Shown: positions 43,370 to 53,728 of the stretch, in pieces
Position numbering within the stretch: position 1 is the first letter of the stretch
Layout of the letters: every line of letters starts with the position of its first letter
NCBI GenBank assembly: GCA_040767965.1
Contig: JAXGNR010000005.1
Location: forward strand, 218,623-282,622
DNA length: 64,000 bases
Source: Atribacterota bacterium
GTDB lineage: Bacteria; Atribacterota; Phoenicimicrobiia; Phoenicimicrobiales; Stramentimicrobiaceae
Direction: 5' to 3'
The notes under the pieces: generated by a model
The model's database searches: none
Told to the model about the DNA's origin: nothing
What the model saw: the letters and a program-made list of their open reading frames with translations, nothing else
Program-made: the position numbers and the translations under genes

Positions 43370-44203
43370 ATGGAGAATTTTTTGTACCGTATTTCTAAAG
43401 AAAAAAAAGCTTTTGTATTATTTTTATCGTTATTTTTTCTTTCTATATTAACTATTACAATTGACTATAACGGTAGTGGAGTATTTGGTTTTTTCGAAGA
43501 TTTAGGAATGTCGGCATATAAGCCTATCAATCAGTCTTTCAATACGGTTGTCAATAAAATAAAAGAATATTCTTTTTTGTTTGCTAAAATAGAAAATCTG
43601 CAAAAAGAAAACGAGATATTGAAAAATGAAAAAAAAGTTTTTTTACAAGAAAACTCTATTGCTCGAGAAAAAGCTTTTGCTTATGATAGATTGATAAAAA
43701 TGTTCCAGTTCAAAGAGTATTATTCTTATGAAATGATGGTAGCAAACATTGTGGGGAGGGAACCTGCTAACTGGTTTCATAGTATTACAATTGACAGAGG
43801 AATAAATGATGAAGTAGAAAATGATATGGGAGTAGCAAATTATAAGGGGCTTGTTGGCAAGATTGTAGAAACAAAACAAAATAATTCCCAGGTACTTTTA
43901 CTGATTGACCAGGGATGTTCTGTAGGAGCTATGGTCCAGCGTACGAGAGAAATTGGAGTAATTAAGGGTGGACCAGATACGTCTTATTGTTATCTTGATT
44001 ATATTTCTCATGACGCAGATATCAAGATAAATGATATAGTTGTTACCTCTGGCATGGGCAGTACTATACCAAAAGGAATACCTATTGGTCAAGTGGTTGC
44101 CATTCAAAAGGAAAAACATGATCTTTTTCAAAGAATTTTAGTTAAACCAGAGGTTGATTTTAATAAATTAGAAGAAGTATTTATAGTTAAAAACATTGAT
44201 TAG
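43370..44203 (+). CDS. mreC: Rod shape-determining protein MreC
   Basis: TM plus coiled coil, IDRG, GLVG, VVTSG..PKGIPIG; directly after mreB. Confidence 0.93.
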   Translation: MENFLYRISKEKKAFVLFLSLFFLSILTITIDYNGSGVFGFFEDLGMSAYKPINQSFNTVVNKIKEYSFLFAKIENLQKENEILKNEKKVFLQENSIAREKAFAYDRLIKMFQFKEYYSYEMMVANIVGREPANWFHSITIDRGINDEVENDMGVANYKGLVGKIVETKQNNSQVLLLIDQGCSVGAMVQRTREIGVIKGGPDTSYCYLDYISHDADIKINDIVVTSGMGSTIPKGIPIGQVVAIQKEKHDLFQRILVKPEVDFNKLEEVFIVKNID

Positions 44204-44223
44204 GAGATTATAGAGAATACTAT

Positions 44224-45513
44224 ATGCAAGAAATAGAATTGTTAAAAACAAATGACGGAATAAGGATTATAGCTTGCCAAATGCCTCAAATGAGTTCAAT
44301 ATCTACAGTTATAGGGATAAAAGCTGGCTCAATATATGAAAATAGCAAGCAACAAGGAATATCTCACTTCATTGAACATATGCTTTTTAAAGGAACAGAG
44401 AAGAACAAGAATACTTTGGAAATCTCTCGTTGCATAGAAGAATTAGGAGGAGAAATAAATGCTTCAACTTCAGAGGAGTGTACATTTCTTTACAGTAAAG
44501 TATTAAATAAAAACTTTGAGAATGCACTTGAAGTCATGATGGACATACTAAGCAACTCTCTTTTTAGAGAAGAAGACATAAATCGGGAAAAAGCAATAGT
44601 GATAGAGGAGATTAATAAATATCAAGATATTCCAGAAGATTGGATTACATTTTTAATAAATAAGTTGTTATGGAAAAATACTGTTTTAGAGCAAAATGTT
44701 CTTGGAAAAAAAGAAACTGTAAAAAGTCTCAATAGGCAATTAATTTTAGATTACTTCAATAAAATGTACAACCCGTATAATATGGTTATCAGCATTGCAG
44801 GAAACTTTACAAAAAGCCAATTTTTAGAAGCAGTAGACAATATTTCTTTTTCATTAAAAGAAAAAGAAATAAATAAAAATAGATTTATTGAAATAAAAAA
44901 TAAAAAACAAACAAAACCGGAATTGTTGATAATGCCAAAAAAAATAAACCAGGCTCATTTATGTTTTGGTTTTCTTGGCATTTCCAGATTTCATCCAGAC
45001 AAGATTAATATGGACTTATTAAATATTGTATTGGGTGCTGGGTTAAGCTCTCGTCTCTTCCAGAATATAAGAGTTGAAGAAGGACTTGCTTATGATATTC
45101 ATTCTTACGTACAATATTTTGATACAACTGGATCTTTTAATATATATGCCGGGGTTGATCCAAATAAAATTGAATGTAGCATTAAAAAAGTTCTGGAAGA
45201 ATTGAAAAAAATAAAAGATTACGAAATAGAAAATGCAGAGCTTAGAAAAGCGAAAGAAATGTATAAAGGAAGCATATTGATGGGAATGGATAGTACATTA
45301 AATTATGCTTTTAGACTGGGATCTCATTTGCTGATACATGGAAAAGAATATTGTTATCAAGAAATAATTAATAAAATCGAGGAAGCTAGCCCGAAAGGTA
45401 TAATGAAATTAGCAGAGAATATTTTTCACTCTGCTAATATAAATTTAGTTATTTTTTATCCTGATAATATTTCTATTGAAAAAAGCAGGATAGAAAATAA
45501 TCTAATGTTATAA
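44224..45513 (+). CDS. M16 family (pitrilysin-like) zinc peptidase
   Basis: Inverted zincin HFIEH, NAST..E, SSRLFQ.IR..GLAY. Confidence 0.92.
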   Translation: MQEIELLKTNDGIRIIACQMPQMSSISTVIGIKAGSIYENSKQQGISHFIEHMLFKGTEKNKNTLEISRCIEELGGEINASTSEECTFLYSKVLNKNFENALEVMMDILSNSLFREEDINREKAIVIEEINKYQDIPEDWITFLINKLLWKNTVLEQNVLGKKETVKSLNRQLILDYFNKMYNPYNMVISIAGNFTKSQFLEAVDNISFSLKEKEINKNRFIEIKNKKQTKPELLIMPKKINQAHLCFGFLGISRFHPDKINMDLLNIVLGAGLSSRLFQNIRVEEGLAYDIHSYVQYFDTTGSFNIYAGVDPNKIECSIKKVLEELKKIKDYEIENAELRKAKEMYKGSILMGMDSTLNYAFRLGSHLLIHGKEYCYQEIINKIEEASPKGIMKLAENIFHSANINLVIFYPDNISIEKSRIENNLML

Positions 45514-45535
45514 ATAATACAAAACTGAGGGAAAA

Positions 45536-45724
45536 ATGCCATTAGATTTAAGAATTGGAGACATTATAAAATTAAAGAAAAAGCATCCTTGTGGAGGTTA
45601 TCATTGGGAAATAACCAGGACAGGAATTGATATAGGCATAAAATGTCTCTGTTGTGGCAGAAAGGTATTAGTCCCCAGGACAAAAATAGAAAGGAGAATT
45701 AAATTAATAATAAAAAAAGACTAA
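45536..45724 (+). CDS. DUF951-family small protein
   Basis: GDII.LKKKHPCG..W..R.G.D..IKC..CGR. Confidence 0.85.
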   Translation: MPLDLRIGDIIKLKKKHPCGGYHWEITRTGIDIGIKCLCCGRKVLVPRTKIERRIKLIIKKD

Positions 45725-45749
45725 TATAAAATATATTTATTAATCTTGC

Positions 45750-45778
45750 TTGATATATTATTTTTGTAATGGTATAAT
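45750..45778 (+). promoter_or_regulatory. sigma70 promoter of the rpsF operon
   Basis: TTGATA-17 nt-TATAAT with extended TG. Confidence 0.75.
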
Positions 45779-45788
45779 AGCAACGCAT

Positions 45789-45835
45789 TTTCCTTGCTTC
45801 ATTAAAATGAGGCCAAAAAGACCAAAAGGAGGTGA
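45789..45835 (+). ncRNA. S6:S18 ribosomal-protein leader (cis-regulatory RNA)
   Basis: UCCUU can pair with the AAGGA of the RBS; inner hairpin GCUUCAU/AUGAGGC followed by CCA..AGACC; resembles the known rpsF leader motif. Confidence 0.72.
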
Positions 45836-45839
45836 AATA

Positions 45840-46157
45840 ATGCGTAATTATGAATTAATGATCTTATTAGATCCCAGTCTTCAAGAAGAAGAAATTTCTG
45901 CAATGACCAAGAAAGTTCAGCAAAGTATTACTAATAATCAAGGTAAAATCTTCAGAACAAATCAATGGGGAAAAAGAAAACTGGCTTATGAAATCAAAAA
46001 GAAAACAGAAGCTATTTATGTAGTTTTTGATTTTGAATTAGAGCCAGAAAATATTGCCAATATTGAAAAAAATATTAAATATGAAGAAAAGATTATTAGA
46101 TACTTAATTGTTCTTGGACAAGAAAAAGTCCTTTCTGCAAAAGATCAAAACAAATAA
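45840..46157 (+). CDS. rpsF: 30S ribosomal protein S6
   Basis: MRNYELMIL, WGKRKLAYEIKK; AAGGAGGTG RBS fixes ATG 45840. Confidence 0.96.
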   Translation: MRNYELMILLDPSLQEEEISAMTKKVQQSITNNQGKIFRTNQWGKRKLAYEIKKKTEAIYVVFDFELEPENIANIEKNIKYEEKIIRYLIVLGQEKVLSAKDQNK

Positions 46158-46203
46158 TCTGGAAAACATTTTTTATTATTCAGAATTAGAAAGGAAATGA
46201 TAA

Positions 46204-46443
46204 ATGATAAAAAGAGATACTTCTTATAGAGGATTTAGAAGAAAAAGAAAAGTTTGCTATTTTTGTGCAGAGAAAAAAGTAGCTGATTATAAAAACGTAG
46301 AATTGCTTGATAGGTTTATAAGCGATCAAGGGAAAATACTGCCTCGCAGGGTAACTGGAAGTTGCGCTAAGCACCAAAGATCATTGGCCATTGCAATTAA
46401 AAGAGCAAGAGAAGTTGCTTTGCTACCTTACGTTAACAGGTAA
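46204..46443 (+). CDS. rpsR: 30S ribosomal protein S18 (Zn-binding C+ form)
   Basis: [31 protein letters not shown]. Confidence 0.97.
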   Translation: MIKRDTSYRGFRRKRKVCYFCAEKKVADYKNVELLDRFISDQGKILPRRVTGSCAKHQRSLAIAIKRAREVALLPYVNR

Positions 46444-46529
46444 GATATTTTTATATTTTTACTTAGCTATAATTTTTAAAAAAGAGAAAAATAAAGAAAT
46501 GTTACATTCTATCGAAAGGGATTATACAA

Positions 46530-47501
46530 TTGAAGGAACGCATCTCGGCTAAATCAATTGTTGAAGGCGCTTTTCTTTCAGCTATTACTACCGTATTATT
46601 TTTAGCAAGTTTGTATATTCCTTTATTGGGAACATTGATTAGTTTCCTTTGTCCTTTGCCTATTGTTATAATATGCCTAAGGCATAACTTGAAAATTGCT
46701 CTACTATCTTTGACAATCGCTTTTTTTATGATTAGTCTGCTGGCAGGACCTTTTCAAGGATTGGTAGGATTATTAGGTTTTGGTATTTTGGGTATTGCGC
46801 TAGGAACTACAATCAAAAAAAAATACTCATTACCGGAAATACTTTTAATCGGTAGCATTAGTTCTTTTGTAGCTAAAGTATTGCTAATATTAATCGGGCT
46901 GTGGTTAATTGATGTTAATCCATTATTGCTGAGTTTAGACCAAATTGAGCAAAGTTTACAGCAAAGCTTGAAATTTTATAACGATATTGGCTTGAATCAG
47001 GAACAAGCTGAAGTTTTTAGAGATTCCATCTTGCAATCTTTAGAATTGGTAAAAATAGCTTTTCCAGCCATACTTATTACTGCTTCGTTTTTTGATACAA
47101 TAATAAATTACTGGGTTGCAGGCATAATATTAAAAAGAATTGGCTTGTACATTGAACCAATTGTACCTTTATACAAATGGAAGGCTAGTAAATCATTCTT
47201 TTGGAGTTACTTGCTGGGAATGTTGATTTTGCTGATAAATACAAGGCTCAAGGTGCCTTTGTTGGAACGAATAGGTGTAAACATACAGCTAATGTTCTCT
47301 ATCATTTTTTTATTTGCAGGATTAGCTGTTGTTGTATACGTGCTTAGGTATTATAAAGTTAAAACTATTTTTTGCTGGTTGGTGTATATTCTAGTGTTCA
47401 TACAGCCTGTTTTGTCATTATTAGTAACATGGATTGGTATGTTTGATGTTTGGTTTGATTTTCGTAAAACCATTTTTAGTGCAAACAAAGAAAACAGATG
47501 A
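46530..47501 (+). CDS. YybS/DUF2232 family membrane protein
   Basis: VEGA.L.AI, PLP, terminal G.FD..FDFR; lies between rpsR and rplI. Confidence 0.85.
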   Translation: MKERISAKSIVEGAFLSAITTVLFLASLYIPLLGTLISFLCPLPIVIICLRHNLKIALLSLTIAFFMISLLAGPFQGLVGLLGFGILGIALGTTIKKKYSLPEILLIGSISSFVAKVLLILIGLWLIDVNPLLLSLDQIEQSLQQSLKFYNDIGLNQEQAEVFRDSILQSLELVKIAFPAILITASFFDTIINYWVAGIILKRIGLYIEPIVPLYKWKASKSFFWSYLLGMLILLINTRLKVPLLERIGVNIQLMFSIIFLFAGLAVVVYVLRYYKVKTIFCWLVYILVFIQPVLSLLVTWIGMFDVWFDFRKTIFSANKENR

Positions 47502-47633
47502 AATTTTACTTAAATATGCTTTTGATTATCATCAGACTAAACAGATCAAAAAGCATTTTAATAAAATAATGATTTAATATATTAATATAATTAAAATTAT
47601 AAGCTTAAAACTCTTTATTATGGAGGTAGAGTC

Positions 47634-48107
47634 ATGAAAGTTATACTGAAAGAAAATGTTAATAATGTAGGTTTTGTTGGAGATGTAGTAGAAGTAAGCA
47701 GAGGCTATGGCAGAAATTATCTTCTGGCAAGAGGTTTAGCGGTAGAACACACTGCTGGAAATATGAAGTCTATTGAACATCTGAAACAAAAAGAATGGGA
47801 AAAAAGAAATAGAGAAAAGATTGAAGCTAAAAATTTAGCTGAAAAGATAAACCAAATTACTTTACTCTTTGAAATGAAATCTGGGAAAGATGGTAAATTG
47901 TTTGGTTCGGTTACCAATAAGGAGATTGCTGAAATGTTGGTTGAACAACATCAAATAGAAATTGACAGAAAAAAAATTGACAACCCGGAACCATTAAAAA
48001 AGGTTGGGAATTACCACCTTCCATTAAACTTGCATAAAGAAGTTACAGCAAAAATAAACGTAAAAATCGTTTCAGAAGTAACAGAAAAAGAAACTGATCA
48101 AACATAA
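47634..48107 (+). CDS. rplI: 50S ribosomal protein L9
   Basis: MKVIL..V..G..GDVVEV..GYGRNYL, GKLFGSVT. Confidence 0.97.
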   Translation: MKVILKENVNNVGFVGDVVEVSRGYGRNYLLARGLAVEHTAGNMKSIEHLKQKEWEKRNREKIEAKNLAEKINQITLLFEMKSGKDGKLFGSVTNKEIAEMLVEQHQIEIDRKKIDNPEPLKKVGNYHLPLNLHKEVTAKINVKIVSEVTEKETDQT

Positions 48108-48193
48108 AAAATAACTTATAATTAATCATAGTAAATAAGAAAAGCCAAAAAGATCGCGCTGGTAATAAATTATGTTACCAGCATTATACTGTT

Positions 48194-49552
48194 ATGAGCG
48201 TGGAGAAAATGATGGAAATAACTAGAAATGTACCGCAGAACATTAGTGCTGAACAGGCAACTTTGGGCTCTATTATTTTAGATAAAGATTCAATATTAAA
48301 CTGTATCGAGATATTAAGCCCTGAAGATTTCTATAAAAATTCTCATCAGCTTATTTATCAATGTGTACTAGATCTTTTTGAAAAAAACCAGGCAGTAGAC
48401 CTGGTTACTTTAACCGAAGAACTCAATAGGCGAAAACATTTGGAGGAAGTAGGCGGTGCCTCATATCTCACAACTCTGATGAGTAGTGTTCCAACAGCTG
48501 CCAATGTTGAATACTATGCAAAAATAGTTGAACAAAAAGCTATTGTCAGAAAATTGATTAACCATGCAACTCAGATAGTATCTATGGGGTATGAAGAACA
48601 GGAAGATGCCCGTGTATTACTAGATAAAGCAGAAAATCTAATTTTTGATGTATCACAGCAAAAATTAGAAAAATCTTTTAGCTCTATTAAGGATTTATTA
48701 ACTGAAAGTTTTGAAAAAATTGAGGATTTATATCATCGAGACAATTTTATTACAGGAGTACCTACGGGTTTTGTTGAACTTGATGAGATAACAACAGGTT
48801 TTCAACCTTCTGAATTAATTATAATTGCAGGAAGACCTTCAATGGGGAAAACTGCATTTTGCTTAAATGTTGCCCAACATGCTGCAACTCAGCATAAAAT
48901 ACCTGTAGCGATATTTAGTCTTGAAATGTCGAAATCACAGATTGTGCAAAGAATGTTATGCTCTGAAGCAAGAATCGATACACATGCCCTTAGAAGAGGA
49001 AGGATGCCTGAAGAAGATTGGCCGAAATTATCCATGGCAGCAGGCAGACTGTCCGCTGCCCCTATATATATTGATGATTCCGCTGGTATTTCCCCTCTAG
49101 AAATTAAAGCAAAGGCAAGAAGGCTAAAAGCCAAGAATAATTTAGGTCTTATTTTAATTGATTATTTGCAATTAATTCAAACCGGGCTAAGAATTGAAAA
49201 CAGGCAACAAGAAATATCACAGATTTCACGTTCTTTAAAAGGTTTAGCCAGAGAATTAAATGTCCCTGTCATTGCCGCCTCTCAATTGTCAAGGGCAGTA
49301 GAACAACGTACAGTTCAAAGACCGCGATTGTCTGATCTAAGAGAGAGCGGAGCAATTGAACAAGATGCAGATGTTGTTGCATTTCTTTATCGTGAAGAGT
49401 ATTACAAACCAAAAAGTAATAAAAAAGGTATGGCTGAAGTAATTGTAAGCAAACAGAGAAATGGTCCAACGGGAACTATCGAACTGGCATTTTTAAAAGA
49501 GTATACCAGATTTGAAAATTTAGCAAAAATACCTGATGAAGGAATTGAATAA
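48194..49552 (+). CDS. dnaB: Replicative DNA helicase (start may be 48209 or 48212)
   Basis: AGRPSMGKT, FSLEM, IDYLQL, SQLSR, DLRESGAIEQDAD, KQRNGP; no intein. Confidence 0.97.
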   Translation: MSVEKMMEITRNVPQNISAEQATLGSIILDKDSILNCIEILSPEDFYKNSHQLIYQCVLDLFEKNQAVDLVTLTEELNRRKHLEEVGGASYLTTLMSSVPTAANVEYYAKIVEQKAIVRKLINHATQIVSMGYEEQEDARVLLDKAENLIFDVSQQKLEKSFSSIKDLLTESFEKIEDLYHRDNFITGVPTGFVELDEITTGFQPSELIIIAGRPSMGKTAFCLNVAQHAATQHKIPVAIFSLEMSKSQIVQRMLCSEARIDTHALRRGRMPEEDWPKLSMAAGRLSAAPIYIDDSAGISPLEIKAKARRLKAKNNLGLILIDYLQLIQTGLRIENRQQEISQISRSLKGLARELNVPVIAASQLSRAVEQRTVQRPRLSDLRESGAIEQDADVVAFLYREEYYKPKSNKKGMAEVIVSKQRNGPTGTIELAFLKEYTRFENLAKIPDEGIE

Positions 49553-49647
49553 AAAATAATATATTTTTTAAAATTGCGTTGACACAGTAATAAAAATATA
49601 GTAACATTGTAAGGCAATTAAAAAGAATAAGGAAAAGCCAAAGTTGC

Positions 49648-49723
49648 GGGCCGTTAGCTCAGTTGGCAGAGCATCTGACTCTTAATCAGAGGGTCGCAGG
49701 TTCGAGGCCTGCACGGCCTACCA
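49648..49723 (+). tRNA. tRNA-Lys(CTT)
   Basis: Anticodon arm TCTGA-CTCTTAA-TCAGA; CCA encoded. Confidence 0.96.
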
Positions 49724-49731
49724 GTAATTAT

Positions 49732-49804
49732 GCCTCCATCGTCTAGGGGTTCAGGACACCGCCCTTTCACGGCGGCGACAGGGGTTCAAATCCCCTTGGA
49801 GGCA
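49732..49804 (+). tRNA. tRNA-Glu(TTC)
   Basis: Anticodon arm CCGCC-CTTTCAC-GGCGG; acceptor GCCTCCA/TGGAGGC; followed by CCT. Confidence 0.96.
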
Positions 49805-49826
49805 CCTTTTTTTTAATTATGGTAAT

Positions 49827-49902
49827 GGGCGGATAGCTCAGTTGGCAGAGCACCTGCTTCACATGTAGGGGGTCACAGGTTCAAGTCCTGTTCCGCCTAC
49901 CA
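49827..49902 (+). tRNA. tRNA-Val(CAC)
   Basis: Anticodon arm CCTGC-TTCACAT-GTAGG; CCA encoded. Confidence 0.95.
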
Positions 49903-49915
49903 ACGTTAAAAAAAA

Positions 49916-49991
49916 GCCGGTGTAGCTCAATTGGCAGAGCAACGGAATCGTAATCCGTAGGTTGTCTGTTCAACTCAGATCACCGGCTCCA
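49916..49991 (+). tRNA. tRNA-Thr(CGT)
   Basis: Anticodon arm ACGGA-ATCGTAA-TCCGT; acceptor GCCGGTG/CACCGGC; CCA encoded. Confidence 0.95.
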
Positions 49992-50011
49992 TTGCTTTGC
50001 AGGAAAGGTTT

Positions 50012-50906
50012 ATGCATTCCTATTACCTTAATAAATTAACTTCCCCTAGTAATATTTTTTCTCTTTTATCTCAATATCATTTATCCCCTAAAAAAAAATT
50101 AGGCCAGAATTTTTTGATAGATCAAAACATAGTAAAGATTATCGTTCATGCCCTAAACTTAAATAGTCAAGAATCTGTATTTGAAATAGGAACAGGATTA
50201 GGAGCCTTAACAGAGTCCCTATCGAATTCGGCAAAATATGTTTTTACAATTGAAAAAGATCAGCAATTAAAACCGGTTCTAGAAGATTTATTTAGAGATA
50301 AGAAAAGGCAGATTTCTATTTTATATAATGATATTTTGAATTTTGATTTAAAAAAATTCTTAACAGAAAAAAAAGAAAAAGGGATTGTTGTCAATAAAAT
50401 TGCCGGTAATTTACCATACAATATATCATTACCATTATTGAGAAAACTCATGGATCTGCATTATTTATTGGAAATAGCAGTTGTAATGGTCCAAAAAGAG
50501 GTAGCAGAACGAATGATGGCTAAACCTGGTAATAAAAATTATGGATTTCTTTCAGTTATTTCACAAAATTAATTTCATATTGATAAAATACATCTGGTAA
50601 AAACCAAATGTATTTTATCCAAAACCAGAAGTTGATTCGATGATTGTAAGAATCAACTTTTATGATAAGCCAGTAGTTTTTATTGAAGATAAAAATATTT
50701 TTCTGGAATTATTGTCAGCAATTTTCCAAAACAGGAGAAAAAACATAAATAATTCTTTAAAAACATATTTTGGAGAAAGAATTGAGCAGAAAGAATTAGA
50801 AAAAATGCTTTATTGTTTAGGAATTGATAAAAACGAGAGGGGAGAGAATTTTGACTTACCGACATATGCCTCCCTTACGAAAGAAATAAAAAACATTATA
50901 AAATAA
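50012..50906 (+). CDS. rsmA: 16S rRNA dimethyladenosine transferase RsmA/KsgA (interrupted at ~50570-50615; sequence error or pseudogene)
   Basis: KKLGQNFLID, EIGTGLG, GNLPYNI, MVQKEVAER; FYPKPEVDS and RRK..N resume in another frame. Confidence 0.88.
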
Positions 50907-51052
50907 TTATTGCATATTATATGTTAAATTGTATAAAGGTTTTTAAATTTTAAATCTCATTTTTATTAAATATGTTGATTTTTTTAGGAAACCTTGCAGT
51001 ACTTAAAAAAAATTAAAAGAATCAAGGGAAAGGAGCTTTGTGAAAAGATAAA

Positions 51053-51748
51053 ATGGCTTTTATAAATAAACAAAATATAACAAAATATTTGCTGACTTTT
51101 ATTTTAACAATTCACAGTGTGTTTATCTTTGGTCTAGCTTTATTTTTGTCTTCAGGTAATGTTAAGTGGTTTAAGGGATGGCTTTTTTTAATCTTGTTTG
51201 GTATTTCAACATTAATAACTTCTTTTATAAGAATTTATAAAAATCCTGAAATTAATTATAGGAAGAAAGAAGTAGTTTCAGAAAATCAAGAATGGGATAC
51301 AATTGCAGTCAGTTTATTGGGACTGAATACTTTTATCCTTTTAATAACTGCAGGTTTTGACGAAAAGCTTTCACTATATAATAATGTACCAGATATTGTT
51401 TCATATCTTGTATTACCATTTACATCTATTTATTTGTTTGTTCAGCTTTGGGCTAATTCTGTTAATAAATATTTTGAGGGGCAGGCAAGAATACAAGAAG
51501 GACAAACAGTTATTGAAGAAGGTCCATATGCCATTGTTAGACACTTGTATTATTCAGCATCAATTCTTTTTTGGATTTCTACCCCTTTAGCATTAGGGTC
51601 TTATTTGGCTCTTGTTCCAGGATTAATTGGTGCACTTTTAATGTTTTATCGCACAACAAAAGAAGATAAATTTCTAATGGAAAATCTGGATGGTTACCGA
51701 AAATATGCTAACAAAGTCCAGTATAAATTATTTCCTGGTATTTGGTAA
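51053..51748 (+). CDS. Isoprenylcysteine carboxyl methyltransferase / PEMT-family membrane protein
   Basis: GPYAIVRH..Y, LALGS, EDKFL..L.GY..Y..KV.YKL.PGIW. Confidence 0.85.
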   Translation: MAFINKQNITKYLLTFILTIHSVFIFGLALFLSSGNVKWFKGWLFLILFGISTLITSFIRIYKNPEINYRKKEVVSENQEWDTIAVSLLGLNTFILLITAGFDEKLSLYNNVPDIVSYLVLPFTSIYLFVQLWANSVNKYFEGQARIQEGQTVIEEGPYAIVRHLYYSASILFWISTPLALGSYLALVPGLIGALLMFYRTTKEDKFLMENLDGYRKYANKVQYKLFPGIW

Positions 51749-51949
51749 AAAAACCGAAATAATAATAAAAAATAAACAGCAAAGAAAATACCAATTATCG
51801 AGAAGCATATAAACCTTTTTGAAATTGTAAAATGGCAATTTCAAAATATAATTTTAACATTAATTTTACATACAAAAGTACAAACATCGATTTTAAATTT
51901 AGCAAAAAATATTGTAAAATTGAAAAAATACAATTGGAGTTAGAAATAT

Positions 51950-53131
51950 ATGTATATGGATGAAATACTAACTAAAGAAAATATTTTTTATGGCTATAGA
52001 AGGGCAAATGGATTAGTGGGAATAAGAAATAAAGTTGCCATTTTATCAGCCATGGATAATGTAAACCCTATTGTAAGAACTATATCAAATGAAGTGTCTG
52101 GAACTATTGCTATAACGCACAATGCAGGAAGAGGTCAATATGGAGAAGATTACAGGCAAACACAAAGGACTATAATTGGCCTTGGTAATAATCCTAATAT
52201 TGGTGCTGTCCTCATTGTTAGCCTGGAACCGGTTTCAGCTGAAATTATTAAAAAAGATATTTTGAGATCGGGTAAGAAAGTTGAAACAGTGACAGTCCAG
52301 GAAGAAGGTGGTTCTATTAACGTAATTGCCAGTGGAATGAGAAAAGCTGTTTCTTTAGTAGTTGATGCTACTCTCCATCAAAGAGAACCGTTCAAGCTGG
52401 ATAATTTAGTAATTGGGGTAGAATGTGGTGGTTCAGATACAACTTCTGGAATTTCTTCTAACCCTGTCTTAGGAAAAATTTCCGATATGATTATAGAAAA
52501 TGGTGGAATAGTAATCTTATCAGAAACTTCTGAATTTTTAGGAGCTGAGCATATACTTGCAAAAAGAGCTGCAAATTCAACTGTCTCAAAAAAAATAATT
52601 AATATAGTAGAAAATGTTGAAAATGAAACTATAAGAAGAGGAGTAAATATTAGAGAGGCTAATCCAATGCCGGACAATATAAAGGGAGGATTAACCACAA
52701 TTGAAGAAAAATCACTTGGATCAATAATAAAAGCTGGAACAAAAACTATTCAAGGCGTTTTAGATTATGGGGAACCTCCCAAAGGGAAAGGCCTTTTCAT
52801 AATGAATACCCCAGCCCCTGGAACTGATTCTTTAACCGGGCTTGCTGCGGGAGGGGTCGTTTTGGCACTGTTTTCAACCGGTGTTGGTATTCATATTGGA
52901 CACCCTGTAGCTACAACATTGAAAATTACCGGAAATCCAAAAACAGCCAGCACATTCATTGACAATATTGACTATACTGTTTGTGAAGTTATTCAAGGTT
53001 CAAAAACAATAGAGGAAATTTCAGCAGGCTTATTTCAAAAAGTCTTATTTGTTGCCTCTGGCCAAAAAACAAAATCAGAGATATTAAAGCAAGAAGAAAA
53101 TACTATTTCCCGAATAGAACCAACGGTATAA
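51950..53131 (+). CDS. UxaA/GarD-family dehydratase, large subunit without SAF domain
   Basis: GYRRANG.VGIRN, ECGGSD.TSG, LSETSE, NIKGGLTTIEEKSLG, FSTG.G. Confidence 0.85.
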   Translation: MYMDEILTKENIFYGYRRANGLVGIRNKVAILSAMDNVNPIVRTISNEVSGTIAITHNAGRGQYGEDYRQTQRTIIGLGNNPNIGAVLIVSLEPVSAEIIKKDILRSGKKVETVTVQEEGGSINVIASGMRKAVSLVVDATLHQREPFKLDNLVIGVECGGSDTTSGISSNPVLGKISDMIIENGGIVILSETSEFLGAEHILAKRAANSTVSKKIINIVENVENETIRRGVNIREANPMPDNIKGGLTTIEEKSLGSIIKAGTKTIQGVLDYGEPPKGKGLFIMNTPAPGTDSLTGLAAGGVVLALFSTGVGIHIGHPVATTLKITGNPKTASTFIDNIDYTVCEVIQGSKTIEEISAGLFQKVLFVASGQKTKSEILKQEENTISRIEPTV

Positions 53132-53728
53132 ATTAATGCAAAATTCAAAATAAAATATAAAATTATATTTTGATTAGTATATTTTATATGTTATAATTTC
53201 AACAAATAAAGTTAAAAATATTTAATTAATATTAATATAATTTCAGTTAATTGAATAACTATATTATATAAAAAGTACAATAAAAGTTTTAACATGGATA
53301 TGAACAACAAAATAAAAAAACTTTTTTACGTTACTAGTTTTTTATTGATCTTTCACAATTTTGCTGAACTAAGCATTTTTACTTCTCATATTATGTGTTA
53401 CTATCTTCCCAAGAATTTTAATATCAATTGATTATTTAAGATTATATAAAATATAAATAATATACAGATATTTGATTTAAAGAAATAATGCTATATTTAG
53501 ATATATTTAAAAGAACCTTCAATACTTGTACTTGAAACCTTAACTGTCTTTTAAATAGATTACACAAGGAAGAAAGGGGGTATTAAAAAAACAAAGCAAA
53601 GTTAGATATGTTAATAAATTTTAAAAAATAATGATATTTCTATTATTAAAAATACTTAAAGTGGATAAAGGTAGTAAAAAAAATAGAATAAACAAAGTCA
53701 GTAACTAATAAAATAAAGGAGAACATAA

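Noticed and set aside
48158-48182. Hairpin between rplI and dnaB
   Set aside because: A 10-bp stem without a U-tract; probably a weak attenuator or stabiliser with no further support.
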